Under the pieces are notes generated by a model. It ran no database searches and was not told the origin of the DNA. It was given only the letters and a program-made list of their open reading frames with translations. Below are positions 1-13,149 of a DNA stretch of 64,000 nucleotides, piece after piece. The stretch covers positions 26,414,001 to 26,478,000 of the forward strand of contig NC_058383.1 in the NCBI RefSeq assembly GCF_018350175.1. The letters are read 5' to 3'. Position numbers and translations under genes: made by a program. Each line of letters starts with the position of its first letter. Within the stretch, counting starts at the first letter, position 1. Source of the stretch: Felis catus (taxonomy: Eukaryota).

Positions 1-214
1 ACTAGAGGCAGAAGCATGGGGCAGGTTGGAGGGGCGGGGTCGCACAGATCGGTCAAAAGATGGTGCGTCTGTGTCAGCTCCCCAGTGCGCTGGAGTGCCA
101 GCCCCGACCCCAGGCTCGTGCTCCTCACTATCAGAGCAGAGGTATGCCTGGAGAAGCACCGAGGTGGAAGTAGTGAAAAGGATATACACCTGGGTCCAAG
201 CCCTTGCCTTGCTG

Positions 215-720
215 CTTTCTAGCTCTGTAACCTTGCAGGGAATCACTTATTCACTCTGAGATTCCGCTTCCTCTTCTGTAAAATGGATTTAGTAACCGTT
301 CTACCCACAGGGCAGATGTGAGGATTATAGGAGGCACAGCTGATCCAGCTGTTCTCCGAACCCCAGCTCCACCCCTTATTAATCGCGTGGTCCAAAGTGA
401 ATGCCTTAACCTCCTGGCTCAGAGTCTGCATCTGCAAAATGGGCTAATGATACTTAACGCACAAGGTTGCTGTGAAGAGGAAAGAAGCTAATGTACATAA
501 AGTGGCCACAACGATTTGCATGTGGTATTAGCAATCACCGCCATCAGCATGAGCAACATCATCTCTCCTCAACCCTATCTGGAGAAGTGAAAATGATTCA
601 TATTCTCATTTTGCAGCTGAAGAAATGGAAGCTCAGAGATGTTAAACAATTTGTTCTTGGTCACACAGCAAGTAGTGAAATGGGTTTCAAACCTGGATCT
701 ACCAAAGTCCAGATTCAAGC
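215..720. mobile_element. Cluster of decayed MIR fragments
   Basis: MIR core-like motifs: ctgtaaaatgg, tctgcaaaatggg, ggaagctcagagatgttaaacaatttg...ggtcacacagc. Confidence 0.6.
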
Positions 721-1020
721 ACCCAACTCCTGCTCCTCCTGCGCCCCTTTTTCTTCTCCTGATTCGAATAGGGAGGTAGGGAACAGGGACTTGCTATCCT
801 GGGAGCCAGTCTGGAGCCTGGGAGTCAGAGCTGGGCCAAGCCCCTGGGTAAAGGGTGTCCTGCCCCTCGACAGCAGCAAGTCAGGATCAGCCTTAGGAGA
901 GAGAAGGGCCGGACAGCAGCCTCATCAAGCACCAGCCAGAAAGGGGTGCCAGTGCAGGCATGAGGCCACGGGAGAGGGCTTTCACTCCAGTGGGGCGGTG
1001 AGGTTACTTTACTGTGGTAG

Positions 1021-1140
<120 letters not shown>

Positions 1141-1215
1141 GCCGGTCTTGCCCCGTCAAAAGTGAGCCCAACTCCAGCACATCATGTAGGTATACCTAGT
1201 GTAAATCTGACACTC

Positions 1216-1221
1216 AATAAA
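1216..1221 (+). terminator. Polyadenylation signal AATAAA of the lectin gene
   Basis: Canonical hexamer 75 nt after the stop codon. Confidence 0.65.
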
Positions 1222-1259
1222 TGTAAGCCACAGAAGAGATAAAGCTCCTGGGCAGACAT

Positions 1260-1486
1260 TTTTGTTTTTAATTTTTTAATGTGTATTTTTATTTATTTTG
1301 AGAGAGAGAGAAGAGGAGAGGCAGAGAGAGAGAGAGGGAGAGAGAGAGAGAGAGAATCCCAAGCAGACTCTACATTGTCAGCACGGAGTCCAACATGGGG
1401 CTCAACCTCACGAACCATGAGATCATGACCTGAGCCTAAATCAAGAGTCAGATGCTTAACCGACAGAGCCACCTAGGTGCCGCCCC
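1260..1486 (-). mobile_element. Carnivore SINE (SINEC)
   Basis: T-rich tail, (GA)n tract and gagatcatgacctgagc...gagccacctaggtgcc in reverse orientation. Confidence 0.9.
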
Positions 1487-1514
1487 AGGCAGAGGTGTTA
1501 AACAAGCAAGTCTT

Positions 1515-1731
1515 TTTTTTTTTTTTTTTAACATTTATTTATTTTTGAGACAGAGAGAGACAGAGCATGAATGGGGGAGGGGCAGAGAGAGAAGGAGACA
1601 CAGAATCCGAAGCAGGCTCCAGGCTCTGAGCCATCAGCCCAGAGCCTGACGTGGGGCTCGAACTCCCGGACCGCGAGATCGTGACCTGGCTGAAGTCGGA
1701 CGCTTAACCGACTGCGCCACCCAGGCGCCCC
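1515..1731 (-). mobile_element. Young felid SINE (SINEC_Fc-like) with 15-bp TSD
   Basis: Near-consensus body with CpGs retained; TSD aaacaagcaagtctt at 1500-1514 and 1732-1746. Confidence 0.95.
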
Positions 1732-2019
1732 AAACAAGCAAGTCTTAATGATACAGAGTGGTGACTTGGTCACACTGAAACTGGCTTAATTAAGAAACAA
1801 GGGTGGTGGATATATGTAAGCAACACAAATCCAAGGTTGTTTGAGATTCAGAGTTGAATGTCACGGGCCTGACTCAATCACATGCCTATTCCCCTTTAGC
1901 AAATTCTGGTTGTTTAGATACCCATCTCTGGGGCAGAGAGTGGTGGGAGTTAATATCATCTGAACCATGTGGGCCCAAAGAGGAGAGTCGTTCCCCCCAA
2001 AACCCAAAAATATCAACAA

Positions 2020-2222
2020 ATTTATACATTGCTGGTGGCAATATAAAATGGTGAAGCCATTCTGGAAAAGAGTATGGTGCTTCCCCAAAAAGTTAAATAT
2101 AGAATTACCAAAGGACCCAGTGATTCCAATTCTGGGTATATACCCAGTAGTATTGAACACAGGTATTCAAACATGAGGGGTCATAGCAGCATTATTCATA
2201 ATGGCCCCTCAAGTGGAAACGT
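2020..2222 (+). mobile_element. Old L1 fragment (end of ORF2)
   Basis: Translates as WKRVWCFPKKLNIELPKDPVIPILGIYP, the L1 ORF2 C-terminal motif. Confidence 0.85.
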
Positions 2223-2224
2223 CT

Positions 2225-3093
2225 TTGGGGGGGCACCACCCAGATGACCTCATCCCATGTGTCAGGGTCCCAGTCGGGGCCCTGACCATAGTGTAACACT
2301 GCTTTCCTTGGGAGCTTAACTGCCTTTGAAGTTCGGTCACTCTGAGTCTCGGGCTTGGTCTGCCCTCCTGCCAGCTTCCTTGTCTGCAGCCCAAGAGGCT
2401 CTCTGGTTTTCACTCCTAGAGGAAGGGCCTGTTACTTGTCCTTGGCTGTTTAGTATCCTGCAAAGCCTTGTAGCAATAGCCATCCAACCTAGTTATGCTT
2501 AGGGGTACTGTTTTCTTTGTTCATCAACTACCTGATACGTGGCTTCTGCTAGGACATTCCCTCCCCCTGGTACACCCTCCCAGCTCAGTCTATGGAGGTT
2601 TGGACCACCTTGTGCCAGAGGCCTTGTTCCACCCACCGCTATTGATTGCCAACCTAGAGGGGGGCAGGGGAGCAATCCAGGTCCTAAGCCCTGTCTTGTG
2701 GCTTTTTCAGACTGCTCCCAGCATCACTGGTTCTAGACTGAGTTTTCCGGCAGCGGTTGCTGAGACAGAGTTTGGAGTAGAGATTGTTTATTAGGAACCA
2801 ATACCTGGGAAGAGAAAGCAGAGGAAGGAGTGGAACTGGGGTGCAGTCTGGCAAATTATCAGCCAACCTGGCTGGGAGATTCGGGAGAAATCCTGACCGT
2901 CGGAGTGGACCACATAGGGCTGAAGTGGCCAGGACTTTAGACCCATACTTCACTCAGTCAGTGATGCAGGCTTCCCCAGAAAGGATGTGACCTCTCTGTG
3001 GTTGCAGCTGACCCTGAAGGAGCTGACAGCTGAAAGCTCTCTGTCCTCATCCTTGAAGGAGGGATCTGGGTGGCACATCTCCATGATATCACA
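2225..3093 (-). mobile_element. Class III ERV fragment: LTR16-like LTR (~2730-3093) plus adjacent gag-like internal sequence
   Basis: Minus-strand WDPDTWDEVIWV motif typical of ERVL/MaLR internal regions; LTR16-like ccttgaaggaggggatctgggtggcacatc end. Confidence 0.65.
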
Positions 3094-3635
3094 ACTGGAA
3101 TCAAAAAGACATAGATTCGGATCCCACCACTTCGGCTTACTGTGTGACCTCATCTAAGTGGCTTAACCTCCCTGAATTTCAGTTTTCTCTTTTATATAAT
3201 GGAGATACACTCCCCTTCAGCTCTGACTGTGGTTTATCAGGCAGCTTTGGGGAATGAGGAGCTCGGCCGAGGTGACTTTTCCAGAAAACTAGAACTCATT
3301 CCACAGGCGTCACAAATATCTCTGTTTTTTCTACTTTGGATGGGAATCTTTCTAAACCACGTTATACATTTTCCTGCTTCCTCAAACAGATGATATCCAA
3401 CAAGATTAGCCTTTCCTTGACAATTCAGGGTCATATGCGCTTTGTCTAGTTCAGGTAATTTTTGTCACCTGTCATATCTGAGAGTCACTGTGCCAGTCTC
3501 TGACAGCCCACAGAATCTCCCGTCTTTTCTAGACTGTTGCTGCTGAGATGCTGTGGGCAGGGAAGCCAGGCAACCAAGCCTGAGAATAATCCGGGGCGGG
3601 GGAGGGGGGGAGTGGAGAGGGGGAAATAGATCAAT

Positions 3636-3692
3636 GAATGATGGATGGATGGATGGGTAAGTGGATGGATGGATGAGTGGATGGATGGATAG
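3636..3692. repeat. (GGAT)n simple repeat
   Basis: Direct reading. Confidence 0.9.
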
Positions 3693-4169
3693 AGGGAGGG
3701 GTGGAAACAATCAAGAGAGATTTTTAGACACCTAGAGTATAGATAGATGGACAGACAGACAGGGATGCTGGAGCGCATGGCAATTAATATATATCACCCA
3801 TAGGATCATTGCAAATGAAGCATACCATCCCAGCATGTGAATGTAGCAAAAAGTATTTAACACTCCTATTGTTAGCCTTTTAGGTACCATCTAATTTTCC
3901 ACTCTTACAAATAACACAGTGATAAGCATCTCTGTATGCATGTTCAATTATTTTCTTGGGGATATATTCCTAGAAGTGGAATTACCTGTTCAAAGTGTGT
4001 GCCCATGTTAAAATAGGATTACTTTTTTTTTATAAAAATACGGACATGGACTGTAAAACCGTATATAGAGAAAGGTGTCTTAGGTTGTGTGTGTCTCCCA
4101 TAATCGCACCAGCCAGAGTTAACCACTGCTGACTTTTAATAGTGGTTTCTGAGTATGTGTCCTGCGACC

Positions 4170-4602
4170 ACCATGAGAACGCACCTCGGGGCCTCCTGTT
4201 GAAATCCATCATTTTGAAAAAAAAAAAAAGAAATCCATCATTTTGTTTGCTTGGAGGCCTCACTTTCCATAGGCTGTTCCCAGGCAATGACTAAGTGAGG
4301 CAGGGTCCTGAGACAGCCCTGTTTCTGGGGGAGAGCATTCCCTTGTTGGTGGATTTCGGCTCAGGGACACCTTGATGGCCTTGCTGAACTTGCCTTAGAC
4401 TACAGGCCAGTCTAGGATGCCTCCACTGTCTGTCCTTCACTGGGGGGATGGGGGGGGGCAGACTTGTGTCACAGACTGACACCTCTCCCAGCCCTCTCTG
4501 CCCCTCCCCCATATTTTCTTTCACAAAGGCAATTTTCTCTGATAAAATCCTTGCACACTTAATCCATCCTGGTGCCCGCTTCTCAGAGGACCCAGATTAA
4601 CA
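4170..4602 (+). mobile_element. ERVL LTR (LTR16/LTR33-like)
   Basis: Ends ...cttaatccatcctggtgcccgcttctcagaggacccagattaaca, typical of this LTR group. Confidence 0.55.
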
Positions 4603-4799
4603 CGTATACCTGTAGTATAATGAGACAGCCCCCCCAAAAGGCTGTACTAATTTATACTCATACCTGCAGTGTATGAGAGCCCCTCTTCACCCGCACTCTT
4701 GCCAGCACATTGATCCCCACCTTCAGACTGAGCCTCCAAGCAGGCAGATACTCCTTCCGCTCCCTTGCCAGTCCTCAGAGGCAAGTGCACCATCGAGGC

Positions 4800-5250
4800 T
4801 GTTGTGATTGCTAGTGACAGAAAACCCAACCCAAATTGCCTTAAACACAAAAAGACTTTGGTTTACTGATTGAACTGCAAAGTCCTGAGGTATCTAGCTT
4901 CAGGCTCAGCTTGATCCAGGGACTTAAATGATATTGCCAAAGATGTTTGCCTCCCTGCTCTGCCTCCATGGCATTGGCTTGATCCTGAAGCTCCAGTCTC
5001 CCCACTTAGGAAAGCAGAAATGGCCAGTGTAATTCTACAGTTACATCCTTCAAGAGCAGGAGGGGTGCCTCTTTCCCAGAAGCCCCAGCAACCATCTCCT
5101 TTCATATCATTGGTTGTATGTGGGCTATTTGGCCAACTCAACCAATCACTGTGGCCAGGAGGTAAAGGAACTTGATTGCTGCAGCCAATCATGGTCTGTG
5201 CGATCAAGGCTTTGAGAACTGCAGAGGCATGGCTTTCCAGCAGGAATTGG
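4800..5250 (+). mobile_element. MLT1 (MaLR) LTR
   Basis: gtgacagaaaacccaacccaaattgccttaaac...gcttcaggctcagcttgatccagg...accaatcactgtggccagg. Confidence 0.7.
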
Positions 5251-5499
5251 AGGTGTGTTTTATCAAAAAAGAGCTGGTGGAAGCACTAATGATACAACGA
5301 AAAATCTCTAGTACAAGAGGGTCATGAGGAACCAACTCCAAATTTCAAACTGGGAAGAAGGTTGAAAACAGAAAGCTAACTGCAGCCTCAGGGCAGTCTT
5401 CTCAGCGAAGAGCAAGACCACAGCTCACTCCCATGAAGAGCCTTTGGAGGGAGTAGTTTTTGATTCCTATTCTCAGCTTATAAGAAATAGGATATTCCC

Positions 5500-6431
5500 T
5501 GGGAATGCAAGCTGGTGCAGCCACTCTGGAAAACAGTATGGAGGTTCCTCAAAAAACTAAAAACAGAACTACCCTACGACCCAGCAATGGCACTACCAGG
5601 CATTTATCCAAGGGATACAGGAATGCTGATTCATAGGGACACGTGCACCCCATGTTTATAGCAGCACTACCAACAATAGCCAAAGTATGGAAAGAGCCCA
5701 AATGTCCATCGATGGATGAATGGATAAAGAAGATGTGGTATCCATATACAATGGAGAATCACTCGGCAATCAAAAAGAATGAAATTTTGCCATTTGCCAC
5801 TATGTGGATGGAACTAGAGTATGTTATGCTAAGTGAAATTAGTCAGAGAAAGACAAATATGATATGACATCACTCCTATGAGGACTTTAAGATACAAAAC
5901 AGATGTGGGGTGCCTGGGTGGCTCAGTCGGTTGAGCGTCCGACTTCAGCTCAGGTCATGATCTCACAGCTGGTGAGTTCGAGCCCCGTGTCAGGCTCTGT
6001 GCTGGCAGCTCAGAGCCTGGAGCCTGCTTCAGATTCTGTGTCTCCCTCTCTCTCTGCCCCTAACGCACTCACATTCTGTCTCTGTCTCTCTCAAAAATAA
6101 ATAAACATTAAAATTTTAAAAAAGATACAAAACAGATGAACATAAGGGAAGGGAAGCAAAAATAAGATAAAAACAGGGAGGGGGACAAAACAGAAGAGAC
6201 TCATAAATACAAAGAACAAACTGAGGGTTCCTGGAGGGGTTGCGGGAGGGGGGCTGGGCTAAATGGGTAGGGGGCATTAGGGAATCTACTCCTGAGATCA
6301 TTGTTGCACTATATGCTAACTAACTTGGATGTAAATTTTTAAAAAAATTAATTAAATTAAAAAAATAATTTAAAAAGGAGACAACACAATACTTTAAAAA
6401 AATTGTTAAATGTTATTCCTTAAAAAAAAAG
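5500..6431 (+). mobile_element. 5'-truncated carnivore/felid L1 (end of ORF2, 3'UTR, A-tail), interrupted by a SINE
   Basis: ORF2 C-terminus PMFIAALPTIAKVWKEPKCPSMDEWIKKMW; TSD aagaa(a/g)taggatattccctg at 5482-5501 and 6432-6451. Confidence 0.92.
5907..6121 (+). mobile_element. SINEC nested in the L1 3'UTR
   Basis: TSD aagatacaaaacagatg at 5889-5905 and 6122-6138. Confidence 0.93.
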
Positions 6432-6572
6432 AAGAAGTAGGATATTCCCTGTGGTGCTGCAAAAGAGAATCAGGAGGTGTATCAGCTGTCAAAATAAACA
6501 CATGGGGCATAGTTAAGTGGTTTGCCCAATTTGAAGGATAATAGTAATAACATTAAAAAAAGAAAAAAAACA

Positions 6573-6602
6573 GTGCTCGCTTCAGCAGCACATATACTAA
6601 AA
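6573..6602 (+). pseudogene. 3'-truncated U6 snRNA retrocopy (first ~30 nt)
   Basis: gtgctcgcttcagcagcacatatactaaaa equals the U6 5' end with one G>A change; flanked by A7-G-A7/8-CA direct repeats. Confidence 0.9.
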
Positions 6603-9600
6603 AAAGAAAAAAACAGGGAAAACAGGCCCCTGTTGGTGTGAAGAAAATTTCAAAGCCAACAGCCCAGTGTCCATCTTTTTTAAGGCGACTCTGACCAGCT
6701 GGGGAATTCTCTTGAGGAAGCCAGTCCTCACAAACATGCCATGTTAGAAGATTCCACGGCTTTCTTTTCCAACCCAGGGCTGGCTGCACAGCACTTCTTC
6801 CTAACATCCACCGACTGTCAGGGACCTCAGCCATGGAAGCCGATGCAGTCCTCCCAACAACCCCACAACAGGGGCTCTGCTGAGCCTCAAGGTGAGAGGA
6901 TCGTGGGTTTGGGTCAGATGCGTGGCTCGATCCTCCACTGCAGCAACGTGTAACCTTGGCCAAGCTGTTTCGCCTTGCCAGGCTTCCATTTGGAAATGCA
7001 GATGGAAATGCCAACATTCCTGTGACGCTGTGAGGATGGAGTGAGACACTCCACGAAAAGTGCTCACACAGTGGCTGGCACATAGTAGACAGTTAATAAA
7101 CATTCGCTGTCATTATGGTGATTGGCATTCCTGCTTCATCAGCTAGGACAAGGACAGGACACCGCCATTTAGTATTCAACCTGGGTGACTTTGCACCTAT
7201 TGTGAGTACCTGAGACTGTCTTTGTTGCCACAGACCTTCCTTCTGTGACAATTTGTGATCCCTAGGAGATGTTCATTCCTGTTTATCTCCGCAAAGGAAG
7301 AAACCTTTCAAGGCACATGGGCAGCCCTCGGGTCCTGGTCCTTTTGGCTCGTGTTAATGTCACTGCTGCAACACTAGTGATCCTGAGCTGACCTCTTTCC
7401 CCACTGCCAGACCACTGGTGGGGACCCAGGCACACACCTCTGCTGGAACCTGGCACCAAGGCAGCTGTCTGCTCACCTGAGACAGAGCCCCCTGGGCAGG
7501 TGCTTTCTGCAGTGAATGAGACTAAGCACTTGGCCCACGCAAGGCCTGCTCAGTCATGCTGTCTTCTCGGAACTCAGCCACACGTGGCGTGGACTCATTT
7601 CTGCATTTTGACTTGGGACACGGGCCAGAGTGGTTCGGTCCCAAGGGGTTCGTCAGTCTTGGCCACTTCCTGTGCCTGGAACACCCCCTGCCCCCCCCTC
7701 TCTTTTTTTATTTGGCCTTCAGTGTCAAGTTTATTATTTGTCCCCCTGTCCTCTCTCTTAATTTGCAGACACCAAAAGCAGAATTACCCCTCACTCCCTC
7801 ACTCCTAAGGCTCACCCTTATTCTCTTCCATAAGCTAGGATGGGCCCCTGGAAAAGCTATTTTTTCTTCTATGCAAAGGGAGCCTAGGGTCCTATGTGAG
7901 AATAACGCAGTGGCCTATTATGTAAGGAAGCACTCAATTTCATGGTGGACGGAGTGGGTTTTCTCTCTTTCCAGCTGGATGGGACTAAGGAAGCACACGG
8001 AGACCAGTTGTTAGATGTTCCAAGTTGTTTAATAGTAACAATAATTAAAATGGAAGGCCTGACAGTGATTTACTCATTTTTTAAGACCGAGTTCAAGATT
8101 ACTCCAATTACAATGACACTAACTCTTGGCTTGTGTTCCTATATGCATTCTCAAAAGAGAAAGGAAGGGACAGAGTGAGGACAGAGGTTCCCAGACTATT
8201 ACAAATTAATATGCATCTCTTGAGCAGCGTGTTATGAGTGTGAACATTTTTCATCATCTATGGAATAGGGAGATGGGCAGTACACAAGGGTGAGAACCAT
8301 TGCCCTCAAAGAAACCGTCAGTTAAATAAACTATGCACGTGTCACTAGAACACTATGTAGCCTTTATGTACAGACACAAAACATGCCTAAGGCATATTGT
8401 TGAGTGATAAAGGCAAGTTGTAGAAAAATGGATAAAATATTATATCATTTATATATCCACAATCTCCCCCATGGAATTATACCTCATATTTCTATAGACA
8501 CGTGTATCTGTAAATATGGCAGAAAAAAGCTGGAAAGATGCACACAAAACTGATAAAATTGTGGACCTCAGAGATGAGAGCGATGGTCCCGTGGGAGAAT
8601 GTCAGCTTTATCTGTAATGTTTGATTTCACACAGTGATCATATACACGCGCATCATTTGTGTAGTTAAAAATATGTAGATGCTTCTAAACTATGCTAAGT
8701 TCAGCCTGTTCTCTCTCATAACCCCTAGGGTTGGTTTGACTTGGCCACAGACCCAGGCCCAGCTGCAGTAATTGGGACAAAACTTTGATATGTTTAATAT
8801 ATTTATTGTCAAATACTTTCAAGAAGGTAATACCAATTTCCACCCCAATCTATGCAAAGATGACAAAAATAATAACACTCGTGGCTGGTATTGACTTTAC
8901 AAAGTAAATAATCCTTTGATTACCACCCACTGAGGACGAGCATTTGATCATAGTGGTCTCTGCAATCTTGACTTGGGAGGAAAGTGCCAGATTTTCCAGT
9001 CCTCCTCAGCTGGGAAATGGCTCCCTCCCACCACCCAGGGACTGTGTAATTAACATCTGCCCCCCACCCCCGCCCAACCAAACAACAACTAGGCACCCTG
9101 GGAACTTCCCCTGGGAAGAAGCCTATGATTCTCCCCACGCCCAGCTGGAGTCATTACTATTTGTCTTACAATAGAAAGTCCCCAGCGATAACGCTGGCCT
9201 GTCAGAGCCAGTCTTCTAGGGAGCCCTGGCTCATAGTAATGATACTGCAGGGATGAGTCTCCAGCTGTGCTGCAAGCGTGGATGCAGGGGGAGCTGGGGA
9301 GAAGCCCTTTTGGAGCCTTCAGAGGCTCCGCACGCCCCGCTCTCCTCCACCTGGGCCCTGGCAGCTTGAAGTTCACTGCCAACTCATTGCCAAGCCCCAC
9401 TGCGCATCAGCCACTATCAGTGTCATTAACTCAGTATCTTTCATCCATGCAGGCCAGCCCATTGCCAGCCCCAGCAGTTGGCCTCACGAAGAAGGATATT
9501 GATGGGAAAAGGGCCTCGTAGTAATAATAGAGGTGTGGAGGAAGTTGTAGGCATCAGAATTTCTCATAGACCTGACCTTACTTAGGGAAACATCTTGATA

Positions 9601-9840
9601 AGCACTTGGTGGAGAGGAGAGGAGCCCAGGTAAGAGAAGACATAGCCGAATGACTCCACATTCAAAATGAACTGAAAATATATGGCGAACATGTGTCAAA
9701 GATGTATTTAACTCATTAATGAAGGAACCAGCTAGATGGCAAAACTGGTTCAGAGGATAGAAGTAACTAATATATACATGCTGCCACCAATATACACTCA
9801 CATCCACACTCACCTACATTTCGTAGGAAAAAAGAACGCT

Positions 9841-10181
9841 GGGGCACCTGGGTGGCTCAGTTGCTTAAGCGTCCGACTTCGGCTCAGGTCATGATCTCTC
9901 GGTTTGTGAGTTCGAGCCCCGTGTCGGGCTCTGTGCTGACAGCTCAGAGCCTGGAGCCTGCTTCGGATTCTGTGTCTCTCTTTTTCTCTGTTCCTTCCCT
10001 GCTTGCACTGTCTCTCTCTTTCAAAAATAAATAAAGTTAAAAAAAAAAAAAAAGAATGCTGGGGCACCTGGCTGCCTCTTTCAGTGGAACGTGCTGCTCT
10101 TGATCTTGGGGTTGTGGGTTTGAGGCCCGTATTGGGTGTAGAGATTACTTTAAAAAATAAAATCTTTAAAAAAGAAAAAAA
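9841..10181 (+). mobile_element. Two tandem SINECs (9841-10047 long type; 10061-10175 short type)
   Basis: Two ggggcacctgg heads with A-rich tails; aaaaaagaa(c/t)gct occurs three times around them. Confidence 0.9.
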
Positions 10182-10253
10182 GAATGCTGGAATAAGTTTC
10201 CAAGTTAAATATGAAACTAGCTAAAGACCTGCGGGACAATAAAACCTTTAGGC

Positions 10254-10573
10254 CAAGAATTGGCAAACTATGACTTGATGATCAGACCAAACCCACCACC
10301 TATTTTTGTAGAGTTTTGTTTTTTGTTTTTTTTACATTTTTTTACACAGCTGGAAAAAGAATGAACAGTATTTCATAATGTGAAAGTGACGTAAGATTCA
10401 AATTCAACGTCTATAAATAAAGTTTTATTGGAACGCAGCCCTGTTCATTCATAGCAGTCTGTGGCTGCTTTCACACTACTATGGCAGAGTGGAATAGTTG
10501 CAACAGAGAATGTATGGCCCACAAAGTCTATTTATCGTCTGGCCCTTTATGGAAGAAGTTTGCTGAGCCCTGC
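10254..10573. mobile_element. MER58-like hAT-Charlie DNA transposon
   Basis: ttggcaaacta...ataaagttttattggaacgcagcc...ctggccctttatggaagaagtttgctgagccctg. Confidence 0.8.
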
Positions 10574-11344
10574 TCTAATACTATGTCAATGATCTTTGAG
10601 ATTACCTTCTCCACAGGACAAAAATCATTTGCAACTTGTCAATTTTCTACAAGTTAACACCTACCTTTATAAAACTGGGGCCTAATCAATAACAAAGTCA
10701 AACAGTTACATCCCCTAGAAAATCAGATAGCCTTTAAGCAGACAGTGTTCTGATTTAAGTTTGAAAAGTTACACAGCCATCTTTTTACTCCTTTTCAAAC
10801 TCGTGGATAATTGTTCTTAACACTTGGAACCAAAAGATAGTTAAGCAATAGAGACTCGGTGACCTATAATGATCTACAATTCATGGTCTAGAAAGCCACT
10901 TTCTTCTCAGGAGTTCTCAGAATTGAAGATCTGAAAGCTCTTTCACAAAGCTCAGGGAATGAGGAAGACTCTCACTCTAGCAGATAGAGGACAACCAAGA
11001 CCTAGTGGTGGTAGAAGGGGCTGGGGGAAAGCTGGCCTGCTGGTCTACCTTGAAGGTTGATATATGTTGGCCTAGATGGAATGGGGTGGAGAGGGGCAAA
11101 GCTCAATGTGACAGCCAAGAGGGCTTTGAAGCAAGTTGGGAGTTGGGTGGCATTTTGGTTATTATTGATGTAAAGGACTTCCCAAGACTTAGTAGTCACT
11201 CTCCAATAGATTGGGGAGAGGCTGCTAACCACATACATTCAAGTGGCCCACACTGCACCCCAGCACTGCCGTCATGACTGGAATATGCTGGAAAGAAATC
11301 TGGGAGGGTTTCTTTTTCAAAAAGCTTTCTGAAATATAATTCAC

Positions 11345-11712
11345 TCACTTTCTTAGTCCACAATGCTATAACGGAGTACCATAGACTGGGTAGTTTATGA
11401 ACAACAGAAGTTTCTTCCTTACAGTACTAGAGGTGAAATCTAAGATCAAGGCACCAAAAGATTTAGTGCCTGGTGAGAACCTGCTTCCTGGTTCACAGAC
11501 AGCCAACTTTCCACTGTGTCTTCACATGGTGGAAAGGATGAAGGAACTCTCAAGGGTCTCTTTTATTGTCTTCCCTAATTCCATTCATGAGGGTTCCACC
11601 TCATGACCTAACCTCCTCCCAAAGACCCCACTCCAGATACCATCCCACCGGGGATAAGTTTCAATACACGAATGGGAGCCAGGGAAGGACGCAAGTGTTC
11701 AGTCTATAGCAC
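11345..11712 (+). mobile_element. MLT1 LTR inserted in an old minus-strand L1 fragment that resumes at ~11715-11870
   Basis: accatagactgggtagtttatgaacaacagaag...cctcatgacctaacc...ttcagtctatagca. Confidence 0.8.
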
Positions 11713-13149
11713 ACACCATAACAGTCATTCATTTAAAGTGTATAGTTTAATGGCTTTTAGATCATTCCGAGATTTGTGCACCCATTACCATAATCACTTT
11801 TAGAATATTTTAATTACCCCCCCAAAGGAAACACACACCCCTTGGTCATCACCCCTAACTCCCCAGCCCTAGGTCAAGTGGGCTGTTTTTGTTTTTGTTT
11901 AACTATGGGTGAGTCAGGAGCTTAAACACATCAATATATCGGAGAAGCATTGCTTACCCAGGGATTTCACAATTTGCTGCCAGCGTGCAGGACAAATCCC
12001 AAGTCCCAAACTCAGAATTCCGGTGCACTGGAATATTCATGCAAGTCCATGATGTTTCTCCTGCTTCCAACTCCCACCGCCTCCCCACCATGCTCTTGAT
12101 ACAATTCTAAGGTGACGGGTAGGGGATGACAAACTATAAGGTGCCATAACACCCCTCACTTTGTTTCCCTTGCCTTCCTATACCTTATAGTATAGAAACA
12201 TCTAAGGGCCATGGAGACATTTGGGGTTTATGAAATAGCCATGTTGGAATTTGGCATTTGGGAAACATAAGCACCTATTCCTGAAGAGGTAGGTGAGAGC
12301 TGTTATCATCTCCAGTCTATTCAGGACCCCCAGACTGGCACTTAGGAGGTACACGTTCGAGGCATCCAGAAATTCCTGTTCTCTTAGGTCACATTTTCTA
12401 GAAGCAGAACCTAAGACAAGGACATATGAACAAGTGACTTATTGAGGGAGTGTTCACAGGAGGAATTCATACTGGAAGATGAATAATTAATCCTTTCATC
12501 TGGTGATTCATACATTTCCAATTTGTTCTCTTTATTGTTTATTTTCAAATTTGGAAAGGATATCCATATGTTTTGTTATAGTTTTACATTCATCAAAACA
12601 TATTTTCAAACAGATTCTATAAAATCTGACTCTTTTCCCTGGCCTAGGGTGATCAGTTGTTTGGAGAGCAAAGGACACAACTACACCGGAAGAACGACAG
12701 CGAAAACATAGTAAAATCTCCATAGTGTGGACAGCAACATGGCTCCCAGTCCACTTCTGGCTTCCAAATCTTGCACAAATATTTCTGCAACCCATGCCAA
12801 CAGGGAACTCTGTGAGGAAGGGAGTTCTGAGAAAGGCAGTTCCACCATAGCTAAGTTGATATAACGCAAATTCAACACAGTTTGTCAGCTCCAAGTTACC
12901 AGCCCAATGAAAGTGGGGACAAAACCCAAATAACTTCTTTCCAGCAAAGCCAATTTAACTGGAAGCATATTAGGGCCATAAAACAGCTTGGTTAGGGACA
13001 GTTCTTTGTACGGGGGAGGTGATGTCACCCTCATGAAAATTATACACAAGTGACTTTTATTTTTCCCCATTTGGTTATTGAAGCAGTTTAAAAAAAAAAA
13101 ACAAAACAAAACAAACCCAGGACCTACTCCCTTTATTTCTTCTACTATA

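Noticed and set aside
5643..5867. ORF resembling a real protein (also 63565-63930 and 47036-47257)
   Set aside because: C-terminal fragments of L1 ORF2 in truncated elements, not host genes.
6573..6602. Functional U6 snRNA gene
   Set aside because: Only ~30 nt present, flanked by a TSD, with no recognisable PSE/TATA promoter.
6553..7103. 176-aa and 100-aa minus-strand ORFs
   Set aside because: Start in MIR/L2-like sequence; the longer ORF also crosses the U6 copy and A-tracts; no coding signature.
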